A stretch of DNA of 45,871 bases from a virus (taxonomy: Duplodnaviria; Caudoviricetes): the IMG/VR virus record IMGVR_UViG_3300044759_000050, positions 1 through 45,871 of that record; one strand, given 5' to 3'. Under the pieces are notes generated by a model. That model did no database searches. It saw only the letters and a list, made by a program, of their open reading frames with translations, and had not been told where the DNA came from. Of the stretch, positions 17,309 to 26,053 are shown piece after piece; the first letter of the stretch is position 1, and every line of letters starts with the position of its first letter. A program made the position numbers and the translations under genes.

Positions 17309-17665
17309 ATGACTGAAGTTTCTGCCCAGGTAACCGACGGCGGTTCCATCAATTTCAACTACGATTTTGGCACTGACCTGAAGAGCGCCATCGCGATCTT
17401 CGGCGAAGAGATCGTTTGGAGTTTCGCTCTGCGCGGCTTGACAATTGCTGCGCAATCGTATGCCAGGGGCCTGATCAAGTCTGGCAAGTCCAAGGACGAG
17501 TGTCTTGCCGCAATCGCGGCGTGGAAGCCCGGCGCTCCCAAGGCTACCAAGTCCAAGGAAGATCGTGTCCGCGAGCTTCTGAGCAAGATGACCCCCGAAG
17601 ATCGGGCCAAGCTGCAGGCCGAGTTGCTTGCGGACCAGCCCGCTAAGAAGAGCAAAGTCGCATAA
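17309..17665 (+). CDS. Hypothetical protein, probably highly expressed
   Basis: AGGAG RBS; structured leader; hairpin downstream at about 17698-17737. Confidence 0.8.
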   Translation: MTEVSAQVTDGGSINFNYDFGTDLKSAIAIFGEEIVWSFALRGLTIAAQSYARGLIKSGKSKDECLAAIAAWKPGAPKATKSKEDRVRELLSKMTPEDRAKLQAELLADQPAKKSKVA

Positions 17666-17771
17666 GCTGGACGTGTACGCATCCGCGTTCAGTCTGCAAG
17701 GGGGTCCTTAGCGCCATGAACGCTCTGGACCCCTTTCCATTCCAACGGTGCGCCAACTATGGAGACCAACT

Positions 17772-18326
17772 ATGACCAACGAAGGACCCGTACCGAGTGA
17801 AGCTGATTGGGACGCCACAATTGCCAGGGCGGCCCCTGGTGTGCAGCGCCATATGGCTCGCGTGCTGAAAGCCGTTTCAGGCCCGCTGCGTAAGCTGAGC
17901 GAAGAGCTTGAAACTGAGGGTGCCACCATCCCGGAGGTTTGCGAAGCCCAAACCCAAGCCTTTGCCATCGCAATGAGCTACTTCGTGGCTCTGTATCCAT
18001 CGGATCTGCGACGTGCTGTGATAGAAAACATTGCAGACGGCTTTTACCAAGCGCTGGTAAATGCGAGCGTACACGCTGACAGCGCTCTTGAGCACGCTTT
18101 AGCAGCGATGAGCCGCTCTGGCGGCTCGCCCTTGCATGATGCGTTTGTCGCTAGCGGCTTCCAGCACATCGGAGGCGTGGCTGGCATCGACGTCTATATA
18201 GGCGACGAGCCGATGATAGTGCATCACCAGCCTGATCACACGGGCGTGTGCCAGGTGTGCGGACATACCAACCGCACCCACCCCGATCCGCAGTGCCCTG
18301 GCCCGGCTGCGCCGGAGGCCGCATGA
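17772..18326 (+). CDS. Hypothetical protein with C-terminal Cys/His cluster
   Basis: GGAG RBS; CQVCGH...C. Confidence 0.65.
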   Translation: MTNEGPVPSEADWDATIARAAPGVQRHMARVLKAVSGPLRKLSEELETEGATIPEVCEAQTQAFAIAMSYFVALYPSDLRRAVIENIADGFYQALVNASVHADSALEHALAAMSRSGGSPLHDAFVASGFQHIGGVAGIDVYIGDEPMIVHHQPDHTGVCQVCGHTNRTHPDPQCPGPAAPEAA

Positions 18327-18511
18327 GCGGCTCTGGCGACGAGGCGGACATTCGTGAGGTTCGTCACACCATGCAGATGACGGCCCTGGAGGCCGTCATT
18401 TACATGTGCTTGCGAGACATGGATTCTGTGCGTCACGGCAGTGACATCTGTATGGCTCGCGACATCGCGGACTACATCATTCAACATTTACCTAAGGATG
18501 CGGACACATGA
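18323..18511 (+). CDS. Hypothetical protein
   Basis: GGAGG RBS; ATGA coupling. Confidence 0.6.
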   Translation: MSGSGDEADIREVRHTMQMTALEAVIYMCLRDMDSVRHGSDICMARDIADYIIQHLPKDADT

Positions 18512-18738
18512 AAACGACCTTGCCTAGCGGCCAAGTCCTTGGCTCGGCGTCAGCCGAGCTGAGCGAGCGCACCCAGATCGAGATGCTACGAGCCACCATG
18601 CAGCTCTTGCTCGATCAAGTCGATTACACCAAGGGTGCCTGCAACATCGTGGAGCCAGTGGGCGGATGCCTGCCGCACGATGTCATTGAGACCTGCCATC
18701 GAACGCTCTTGCTAACCAAGCCGGAGGCGCGGCCATGA
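18508..18738 (+). CDS. Hypothetical protein
   Basis: Part of an ATGA-coupled chain. Confidence 0.6.
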   Translation: MKTTLPSGQVLGSASAELSERTQIEMLRATMQLLLDQVDYTKGACNIVEPVGGCLPHDVIETCHRTLLLTKPEARP

Positions 18739-18983
18739 TCGGTTGGCTCAGGGGGTGGTGGAGCCGCCCACCAGCGCGGGAGCGCATCTTAGCAGCAATG
18801 GACCGCCGTGAGTGGCGCTCATCCATGTGGATCGTCAGCCGCGCACAAGTGAGCATTGGCAAGTTCTACACCGAGGTGATCGATCTGGAGCAGAAACGTC
18901 TTGTAGAAAGCAGGTGGGACGAAGGCCCTTCTTCACCAGCTCGCCAAGACCTTCGCCGTCGCCTGTACAGGAGGTTAGTATAA
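18735..18983 (+). CDS. Possible winged-helix DNA-binding protein
   Basis: VSIGKFY..V..LE...LVESRW...RRRLYR resembles PadR-like wHTH. Confidence 0.5.
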   Translation: MIGWLRGWWSRPPARERILAAMDRREWRSSMWIVSRAQVSIGKFYTEVIDLEQKRLVESRWDEGPSSPARQDLRRRLYRRLV

Positions 18984-19186
18984 TGCTGGAGCGACTTAGC
19001 CGACAAGTCGAGCGCATTGCTGGAATGCGATCTGAGGTGATCATGAGCGCCGGGGTGGAGAGGCCTAGCCTGGCCTTGTGGATCATAACGGTCAACGATG
19101 CGTTGGAGCGAGCGCATAAAGCCGCTGGCTCGGGCGACGTCGCTGCGGCCATCCGCTGCATTAGGGAATTGGAGGCCCTCAAATGA
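18983..19186 (+). CDS. Hypothetical protein
   Basis: AGGAGG RBS; TAATG coupling. Confidence 0.6.
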   Translation: MLERLSRQVERIAGMRSEVIMSAGVERPSLALWIITVNDALERAHKAAGSGDVAAAIRCIRELEALK

Positions 19187-19389
19187 AGTTTCATGTCGCC
19201 GGGATCACTTATGGTCCAGCCGAGACAGCGCAACTGCGCCGAGAGCTCATCAAGTTGCGTGACCGTGCACTGATGCCCAGCACCAATGATGCGGAGTTAG
19301 CCATCAAGCTGAGCCACGCAATCGGCCTGTTGACGTCCATGAGCCTGAGCCTGTGGATGACCGAGTTTAGGGCGGAGATGGACAAATGA
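19183..19389 (+). CDS. Hypothetical protein
   Basis: GGAGG RBS; coupled. Confidence 0.6.
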   Translation: MKFHVAGITYGPAETAQLRRELIKLRDRALMPSTNDAELAIKLSHAIGLLTSMSLSLWMTEFRAEMDK

Positions 19390-19883
19390 AACGCTTCGCG
19401 TTTGCAGCCGCCTTGCTGACGGCGTCCGCCGCAGGCGGATGGGCGGCATGTGGCAACGTGGCTCACAACATCGTGCGCTCGACGGAGTGCCTCGCCTACA
19501 CAACCGACTGGGCCATACAGAAGCAGCTCAAAGATGTGCGGCAAAACGCCTTGGATGAGTGGCTCAGCGAGCAGCCCCTCGCCGCCGCGAGCCTTGAGCT
19601 GATCCTCAAGGAGGCGAACTTGCGTGGCACGCATGCATTGCAGCGAGACCTTAGGGTGTGGCCCGACAGGGACATGTACATCAGCCGAGGCTGTGATACG
19701 CTGCCACTGTGTTCGGCTCCGCCGCGCGTTGCACCTATGCCTGAGGCCCGCAAACCGCAGCAGGCGGATAGGCGACAAACCGTGCGCAAGCGTACGCCTG
19801 CTCGCCGCGTCGGTCGTAACCGACGCACGGGCGGCGACTACTGCGGACCGCGCGACACAGCAAGGGGGTATTGTGACAGATGA
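19386..19883 (+). CDS. Secreted Cys-containing protein
   Basis: Signal-like N-terminus MKRFAFAAALLTASAAGGWAAC; basic tail. Confidence 0.65.
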   Translation: MKRFAFAAALLTASAAGGWAACGNVAHNIVRSTECLAYTTDWAIQKQLKDVRQNALDEWLSEQPLAAASLELILKEANLRGTHALQRDLRVWPDRDMYISRGCDTLPLCSAPPRVAPMPEARKPQQADRRQTVRKRTPARRVGRNRRTGGDYCGPRDTARGYCDR

Positions 19884-20113
19884 AGCGCATATATAAGTGG
19901 ACCTTTTTGGATTTTGATGAGAGCTTACATAAGATCCATGTCGATCTCGGCGCGATCGAGCGCATTCATAATCAGCCTGATGGAACAACAGCAGTGACAT
20001 TCAGGGGCGGCTTAACATTTCATGCGGAGGGTGTGGATTATACTAACCTGCTGAATGCGTGGACCGAGTTCATGGAGACACATAATGGACCTAACGAAAC
20101 TCCGCCTGTATGA
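19880..20113 (+). CDS. Hypothetical protein
   Basis: ATGA coupling. Confidence 0.6.
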   Translation: MKRIYKWTFLDFDESLHKIHVDLGAIERIHNQPDGTTAVTFRGGLTFHAEGVDYTNLLNAWTEFMETHNGPNETPPV

Positions 20114-21083
20114 TAATACGCGCTTGAGCGACTACAAGCGCTGTCCGCGGCTCTTCATGTTCAGGCATGTGATGCACTGGGTGGGCGCCGAGCGTCGCTT
20201 ACCACTGATCTTTGGTGGCGCTTGGCACAACGCGATGGATCGTCTGTGGGAGGAGGCCGCCGCGCGGAGCCCTCGCTCCGTAGTGATCGAGTCAGCCTTT
20301 GGCGCCTTCATCACGCACTGGATCAAGGAAGGTCTCCCTCCGCCCCATGAGATCGACCTAAGCACCAGCGAAGATCTCTTGCCTCGAACACCTGCTGTAG
20401 CGCTGGAAATGCTCGAAGAGTATTATGACAGACGTCATCGCTCCATCATGGAATGGGAGATCCTGGAGATTGAGCGGCCCTTCGCCGTGCCCCTCGACCC
20501 AGACGACGACACATTGTTCTATGTGGGGCGGATCGACAAGGTCGTTAGACCAATGCCTTCGTCGGTTCGTGGCATCGAACACAAAACCACCACCTCCATG
20601 CGTCTGAACAATAAACGTCAAACTATAAGTCCGATGTTCCGTGAAAGCTTTTCACCTAATGCCCAGGTGGATGGCTATCTGTATACGTTGCATATGCTCT
20701 ATCCAGAGGAGAGCCTTCGAAACAGGGTCGATGTCTACGTCGACGGAGCGCTGGTGCATAAGATCGGCCAAGATGTCCAGTTTATCCCGGTCGATCGCCA
20801 AGTTGGCCATCTAGACAACTGGCTCTGGGAGACGCACCACTGGATCAAGCAGATCGAAGAGCAGCGGGCGGCCCTGGCTGAGGCTAGTGGGTTTGACAAG
20901 TACCTCAGCGCGTTTCCCAAGAACACCAACTCGTGCTTCGACTTTAACTCGGCGTGTCAGTTCCTGCCACTGTGTAAGGCTCGTCCAAATCCGCTGACAT
21001 GGGATGAAGCGCCCGCAGGCTACAAGGAGGAGCGATGGGACCCCCTCGACCACATCGGAACACCAAAGGAGCTAATCGACTAG
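20085..21083 (+). CDS. PD-(D/E)XK RecB/Cas4-like exonuclease
   Basis: CPR; FGGAWH; E.PF; GRIDKV; EHKT; Q...Y; C-terminal C..C...C. Confidence 0.85.
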   Translation: MDLTKLRLYDNTRLSDYKRCPRLFMFRHVMHWVGAERRLPLIFGGAWHNAMDRLWEEAAARSPRSVVIESAFGAFITHWIKEGLPPPHEIDLSTSEDLLPRTPAVALEMLEEYYDRRHRSIMEWEILEIERPFAVPLDPDDDTLFYVGRIDKVVRPMPSSVRGIEHKTTTSMRLNNKRQTISPMFRESFSPNAQVDGYLYTLHMLYPEESLRNRVDVYVDGALVHKIGQDVQFIPVDRQVGHLDNWLWETHHWIKQIEEQRAALAEASGFDKYLSAFPKNTNSCFDFNSACQFLPLCKARPNPLTWDEAPAGYKEERWDPLDHIGTPKELID

Positions 21084-21276
21084 CGCTCCCCGGCGACTTG
21101 GCAGCCCTGGCTGCCAGCGCTAAGCCCACAAGCATTAAGCGCTATGAGGAGACTCTAGCCATGATGGGCTATCAAGCCACGCGACTGCAGATCAAGCAAG
21201 AGAGTTGGTTCCGCTCTCGCTGGCACCGCCGCAACAAGATGACTGGTGATCTGCGCAAAGCAATGGATGCACTGAA

Positions 21277-21465
21277 ATGAATCGCTACACACTTAAAGGT
21301 CTGCGTTCTGGCGAAGAGCCGCAGGTCGTTGACGCAGCGTCTGAGGATGACGCCCGTCACGAAGTCATGTGTCTGAGGTGGGGACCGCCGACAGGCATAT
21401 ACGCTCCTCGCTACAAGGGCGAGGGGCTGATCCTGATTGGCATGGAGGAGCTGGATGAAGTATGA
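21277..21465 (+). CDS. Hypothetical protein
   Basis: In the coupled operon. Confidence 0.55.
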   Translation: MNRYTLKGLRSGEEPQVVDAASEDDARHEVMCLRWGPPTGIYAPRYKGEGLILIGMEELDEV

Positions 21466-21682
21466 ATTCACAGTGATAGTTGATCTTGAGAGCGATCTGC
21501 ATCAACCACATCCTGAGATTGATGAGTATGTGAAGCAGCTCCGCTCTGGCATAAAGCAGGCCTTGCGCGATCACATTGAAGAGGCCGTTGGTGCGTGGGG
21601 TGGTCAGCTGTGGCCTGGCCACATTATGTTCTCGCAGAACTTCAAGCGCGTAACCGCACGCTCACGGCGGAGAGTAGCCTAA
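21455..21682 (+). CDS. Hypothetical protein
   Basis: GGAGG RBS. Confidence 0.6.
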   Translation: MKYEFTVIVDLESDLHQPHPEIDEYVKQLRSGIKQALRDHIEEAVGAWGGQLWPGHIMFSQNFKRVTARSRRRVA

Positions 21683-21984
21683 TGGACACACGTACAGTGC
21701 CATTCACTCAGTTCATTCGCCCACACGGGGCGAGGCGCCCCGTAGTGATCTCAATGCCTAAAAGCGTGGCTGAGAAGGCTGATAAGATCATCGCGGCGGG
21801 CTACAAGATGACCTGCGAGATTTTGTCGAATGGCCTCGTCAGCCTGGCCATCGAAGGCAAGAACTGTGACGTAGCCATACAGGTGGTGCCTAACGGCGAC
21901 CAAGTGCCTGTGGCCGTCGAGGTGATGATCGACATGTTCGATTTTGACGACGCTAAGCGTCGAGATGATGGAGCTGGTTTGTGA
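21682..21984 (+). CDS. Hypothetical protein
   Basis: TAATG coupling; begins VPFTQFIRPHG. Confidence 0.65.
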   Translation: MDTRTVPFTQFIRPHGARRPVVISMPKSVAEKADKIIAAGYKMTCEILSNGLVSLAIEGKNCDVAIQVVPNGDQVPVAVEVMIDMFDFDDAKRRDDGAGL

Positions 21985-22123
21985 TGGTTGAGTTAGTGAT
22001 GGCTGTGGATACCGCTGCGCGGCAGTTCATGTATGATCTGTTGCTAGGTGCAGCTATTGGCTTGGCGATTGGACTAATCTTTATGGGCCTCCTCATGTGG
22101 TGGCTATGGGAGAGGAACCACCG

Positions 22124-22408
22124 ATGAAGCTGGTTATGATCAAGTGGGTTGACTCATTCAACCGAGCAACAGGGTGGATCAATACGCCGAACTGGAAGGT
22201 TGGCGAGCCCTGCACCGTGACTACAGTGGGCTGGATCGTTGCCGAGGGCAATGATGCTATGGACGTCGCTCAAAGCATGAGCCCTGAGACTGAGCTGCGC
22301 CATGAGCAGGTGCATAATGTCATCTCAATTCCAATGGGGGCCATACTTAACATCCGGCCAATCGCAGCGAGCGAAGCTCGCACGAAGAGCAAAAAGCCCC
22401 CCACCTGA
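22124..22408 (+). CDS. Conserved-looking phage hypothetical protein
   Basis: I.WVDS...GW...TVGW...VAQS...IP.GAI pattern. Confidence 0.7.
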   Translation: MKLVMIKWVDSFNRATGWINTPNWKVGEPCTVTTVGWIVAEGNDAMDVAQSMSPETELRHEQVHNVISIPMGAILNIRPIAASEARTKSKKPPT

Positions 22409-22420
22409 ACATGGTTTGTG

Positions 22421-22449
22421 TTGACATCTGAGGTGCCTTGTGTCACAAT
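22421..22449 (+). promoter_or_regulatory. Sigma70-like promoter of the replication/recombination operon
   Basis: TTGACA-17 nt-CACAAT; inverted repeat GTCACA/TGTGAC over the -10. Confidence 0.7.
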
Positions 22450-22482
22450 GTGCATCATGTGACGCTAAGGAACCTCATCGAA

Positions 22483-23352
22483 ATGGCCAAGCCACCTCTC
22501 GCTATAGCGGAACCTCAGAACGCCTTAAACGCTGAGGTTTCGCCGTTCTCCCGCATCATGCTAGTCGGACCAACCGGCTCTGGCAAGAGTACTCAGATCT
22601 GGTCACTCCCTGGTCGTAAATTTGTGTATGTGTTCGACCCGAACACTATGGCCACGATCAGCGGCTGTGATGCTGACTACGTCCCATTCCTCCCCGAATT
22701 CACCGAGATGGACGCGACGCTCAAAGGCTTCAACAAGGGCGCTGTGAGCGATATGCCCCGGGGCGGCAAGCGCGAACCATCCCTGTACATGCGCTGGGTC
22801 GATCACATCAATGACTTTGAGGGTCGCAAGCTGTTCGAGCGATACGACTGGTTGGTCTTTGATTCAATGACATTCATCGCTAAGGCGCTGATGGATCGAC
22901 AGCTGTACATCAACAATCGCTATGGCGACATTGAAGAATTGGGCGACTACCGTGTTGTTGGATCGAAGCTTGCAGATGTTTTTGGCACGATTAGCAGCCT
23001 ACCTATTAACATATACAGCACGGGGCACATCCAAACGTACGAAGATGATAAGACGAAGAAGGTTGTCACGCAAATTATGCTCCCTGGTAAGGGAAGGACA
23101 ATGCTGCCTTTATCTCACACCGATACGTGGGAAGCTCGTGCTGGGGAGAAAGCCGGAACGTATGAGGTTAAAACCGTTCCAGAGTCTCGTGGTCTACAGG
23201 AGATCAGGTCGGCGATGAAGGGCTTGAAGCCCGTCGAAGATGTGACGATCCGCAACTTTAAACGCGCCAGCGAGTTTGGCATCGGGGCGCTAATTGCAAG
23301 GAGCCAGCTAAATGGCAAGAGCAACCAAGGTGGCGCAGCCACCAGAACCTGA
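22483..23352 (+). CDS. AAA_24/Sak4-like RecA-fold ATPase
   Basis: Walker A GPTGSGKS; Walker B LVFDS; TGH; lies between the exonuclease and an SSB-like gene. Confidence 0.8.
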   Translation: MAKPPLAIAEPQNALNAEVSPFSRIMLVGPTGSGKSTQIWSLPGRKFVYVFDPNTMATISGCDADYVPFLPEFTEMDATLKGFNKGAVSDMPRGGKREPSLYMRWVDHINDFEGRKLFERYDWLVFDSMTFIAKALMDRQLYINNRYGDIEELGDYRVVGSKLADVFGTISSLPINIYSTGHIQTYEDDKTKKVVTQIMLPGKGRTMLPLSHTDTWEARAGEKAGTYEVKTVPESRGLQEIRSAMKGLKPVEDVTIRNFKRASEFGIGALIARSQLNGKSNQGGAATRT

Positions 23353-23749
23353 GGAACGTAAACGGATGCCCTTCATAACCGAATCACTTGATGACGTCTC
23401 AGAAGCCAAGCCGGCTCCTGAATTCGAATACGATCTGCGCATCGTCAAGGCCACGCGGGGGCCAAGCAAGAAGGGCAATGACATGATCACGGTCATGTTG
23501 GCCTTCGCTGACGGCACCGACGCACCGCCGTTTTATCACTACCTGATCAGCTGGGACGCTGACACGCCTGACGAGCAGATCTTAAACCGTAAGCGCGAGC
23601 TTAAGCGGTTTATCGCGTGCTTCGATCTGCGTGAAGATTTTGAGGTCGAGGACCTTCCCGGCGAAACTGGAACCAGCTTCGTGGTGCAGGAGGAGGGCGA
23701 TGACGGCATCGTCCGCAATCGGCTAAAGCTGCCACGCATTAAGGACTGA
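23312..23749 (+). CDS. SSB-like protein (DUF669-like)
   Basis: Acidic; P..EY.L.I.KA...SKKGNDMI pattern; follows the ATPase. Confidence 0.6.
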   Translation: MARATKVAQPPEPEERKRMPFITESLDDVSEAKPAPEFEYDLRIVKATRGPSKKGNDMITVMLAFADGTDAPPFYHYLISWDADTPDEQILNRKRELKRFIACFDLREDFEVEDLPGETGTSFVVQEEGDDGIVRNRLKLPRIKD

Positions 23750-23838
23750 ACGCGAACATGACGCTGTGGTCGGCGCAGCGTTGTGAGGCCCAGGGGGTTT
23801 TTACGAGGTCCTTCCCCCTGGGCCGTTTAGGAGGTGAA

Positions 23839-24051
23839 ATGGCTCGTATCGGAAGACGTATAAGTGTGCAGCTGAACGATCAGCTGTATGATCGTGTGCA
23901 AGGCTTGAAGCACGGCTTTCGAAGCCCTGTGATGGAAAGCTTGATAAAGCTGGCTCTTGACGCTATCGATGAGGATGGCGACATAATGATTGGGGCACTG
24001 ATAGCGGGCGAGTACAAGCTGGTCAGGCATGAAAGGGTGCGTGGTGAATAA
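23839..24051 (+). CDS. Ribbon-helix-helix-like regulator
   Basis: RISVQLNDQLYDRV beta-alpha-alpha pattern; AGGAGG RBS. Confidence 0.55.
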   Translation: MARIGRRISVQLNDQLYDRVQGLKHGFRSPVMESLIKLALDAIDEDGDIMIGALIAGEYKLVRHERVRGE

Positions 24052-24316
24052 GGATGATGATCAAATTTTGATCACCCCGCTTAATGATCGCATCCAGCGG
24101 CTTTGGGGTCACATAACTGACATGACCGAGGATCAGCTGCGCGATCATATTCGCAAGATCCGCTCTGATCGCCGCGTCTTGAAGGCTAAGCCCGGCGTAA
24201 AGAAGCAGATCAAGGTGAGCAGTGACAAGGCGCGAGATCGCGCTCGATCGCTGTTGGCTGACGCCGACACTGATATGATTGCACGTATCTTGAAGGGGAT
24301 GGCAGATGGAAATTAA
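24029..24316 (+). CDS. Hypothetical basic helical protein
   Basis: Begins ITDMTEDQLRDHIRKIR near its N-terminus; start uncertain. Confidence 0.6.
   Translation: MKGCVVNKDDDQILITPLNDRIQRLWGHITDMTEDQLRDHIRKIRSDRRVLKAKPGVKKQIKVSSDKARDRARSLLADADTDMIARILKGMADGN
24058..24074. repeat. 17-bp palindrome, copy 4
   Basis: TGATCAAATTTTGATCA just after the RHH gene, ~230 bp before the ParB-MTase. Confidence 0.95.
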
Positions 24317-25610
24317 GACTGAGCATCTAGGCCAGGTTCCCATAGCGCTGATCAAGATCATCGACCGCTACCGATATGATAAGGGCGAGATCGAGCTGAT
24401 GGCTGCAAGCCTCGCTGAGCATGGTCAGGTCCAGCCAGTTGTGGTCAACTCCAAAATGCGCTTGTTGGCGGGCGAGCGTCGCATACTGGGCGCTCTGTCG
24501 CTTGGCTGGGAAAACATCCGCGCTGAGATGCGCACTGGCGACACCAGTATAAGCGAGCTTGAGGTTGAGCTTGTCGAGAACGAGATCCGTAAAAACTTTA
24601 TATGGCCTGAGGTGGCTCGACTGGAGAAGACCATCTTCGACATGAGATGTGCTAAGGACCCGAAGTGGAGCCAGCGTAAGCAAGCCGAGATGCGAGACAG
24701 CGCACAAAGCGCTGTGAATATGCGTCTTCAGCTAGCTGAAGCCATTGAGTTGTTGCCTGAGCTTGCTGAGTGCGAAACTCAAGACGAGGCGTGGAAGCAG
24801 TACAAGCGGCTTGAGGAGGTCATAACTATCGGCCAGCTGAAGACTGAAATCTCAGATGATGTTCGTAACGCGCCTCAGTGGGCTCACCAACACTACATCG
24901 TGGGTGACGCCTTGGCGGAGATGCCCCTTATTTCAGACAATCTGGCTCATTTTGCCGAAGTCGATCCGCCGTACGGAATTGAGATCGATCGTCGCAAGGG
25001 TCGCAATGAGGGCGAGGGCTTCATGGGCGACTACAACGAGATCGATGCCAAGCGCTTCCCACCGTTCATGAAAGCTGTCATAGGCGAAACCTTCCGTATC
25101 CTGAAGCCAAACAGCTTCGCCGTGTTCTGGTACGGGATGCAATGGCACTGTGAAATGCTGAAGTGGCTCGATGCTGCCGGCTTCGCTGTTAACCCAATGC
25201 CTGCCATGTGGTACAAAGGCAACAGCGGCCAAACCGCCCAGCCAGACGTCGCCCTGGCCTCGTGCTACGAACCGTTCTTGCTGGCTCGCAAGGGCCAACC
25301 CAAGATGCTCCGTCAGGGGCGCGGAAACGTCTTTCATTACGCACCCATCCCGCCTAGTCGCAAGATCCACCCCACAGAGAAGCCGATCGAGCTGCTTAGC
25401 GACATCTTGAACACCATTCTGTTTCCAGGCTCGACCGTATTGATACCGTTCCTCGGTAGTGGCGTAACCCTGCGAGCCGCATACAAGGCTGGCCACACAG
25501 GCTTTGGGTTCGATCTGAGCGAGGCTAACAAAACCCGTTTTGTTGAGGCCGTAGGACGCGAATTCGCATCAACCGAGGACGATGGTAATGGAGCTGACAG
25601 CGACGCATAA
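24306..25610 (+). CDS. ParB-like N-terminal domain fused to a beta-class N6A/N4C DNA methyltransferase
   Basis: GQVQPVVV...LLAGERR...ELVENEIRK (ParB); DPPY, HPTEKP and PFLGSG (MTase). Confidence 0.88.
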   Translation: MEIKTEHLGQVPIALIKIIDRYRYDKGEIELMAASLAEHGQVQPVVVNSKMRLLAGERRILGALSLGWENIRAEMRTGDTSISELEVELVENEIRKNFIWPEVARLEKTIFDMRCAKDPKWSQRKQAEMRDSAQSAVNMRLQLAEAIELLPELAECETQDEAWKQYKRLEEVITIGQLKTEISDDVRNAPQWAHQHYIVGDALAEMPLISDNLAHFAEVDPPYGIEIDRRKGRNEGEGFMGDYNEIDAKRFPPFMKAVIGETFRILKPNSFAVFWYGMQWHCEMLKWLDAAGFAVNPMPAMWYKGNSGQTAQPDVALASCYEPFLLARKGQPKMLRQGRGNVFHYAPIPPSRKIHPTEKPIELLSDILNTILFPGSTVLIPFLGSGVTLRAAYKAGHTGFGFDLSEANKTRFVEAVGREFASTEDDGNGADSDA

Positions 25611-25782
25611 GAGTCCATATACCAAAGCAGTTCAGGTAAAACCGGATACTCACAGAAAGTTGAAGATCATGGCTTCTGTAGGTGGTGTTACAATTTCATC
25701 ACTTGCAGACCAGATACTAAGTGACTGGCTTGAGGCTAATCCAGTTGTACAAGGCATCAACTATGGAAAACCGGACGAATAA
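25582..25782 (+). CDS. Ribbon-helix-helix protein (ParG/Arc-like)
   Basis: AVQVKPDTHRKLKIMASVGGVTISSLADQILSDWL. Confidence 0.7.
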   Translation: MVMELTATHKSPYTKAVQVKPDTHRKLKIMASVGGVTISSLADQILSDWLEANPVVQGINYGKPDE

Positions 25783-26053
25783 AACTCGCAGGTGGAGCGA
25801 TGGCGAAAACGCCATCTTGTGGGACTGCGAGTTCATGGATGACGCCCTCCGTCGCCTTCCACACCGCTCCAAGGGCTCGATCCGCCAGCACTGCTGGAAC
25901 CACAACATACCCTACCCACTGACGAGGGGAAGCCGCTACTATGAGCACTATGTACGAAGACGGAAATCCCAGCTCGAAGCTCGTGGTCTTAGGCCAGGCA
26001 CCCGGCCGGGAGGAGGCGAAGCGGAACCTGCCACTGGTGGGACCGTCGGGTGA
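25763..26053 (+). CDS. Myb/SANT-like HTH protein
   Basis: RWSDGENAILW...LPHRSKGSIR; overlaps the polymerase start. Confidence 0.55.
   Translation: MENRTNKTRRWSDGENAILWDCEFMDDALRRLPHRSKGSIRQHCWNHNIPYPLTRGSRYYEHYVRRRKSQLEARGLRPGTRPGGGEAEPATGGTVG

Noticed and set aside
20085-21083. CRISPR-associated Cas4
   Set aside because: A stand-alone nuclease in an exonuclease/ATPase/SSB context, with no array or cas genes
22483-23352. ParA partner of the ParB fusion
   Set aside because: The Walker A is GPTGSGKS, not the deviant KGGxGK form; context suggests a Sak4-like recombinase
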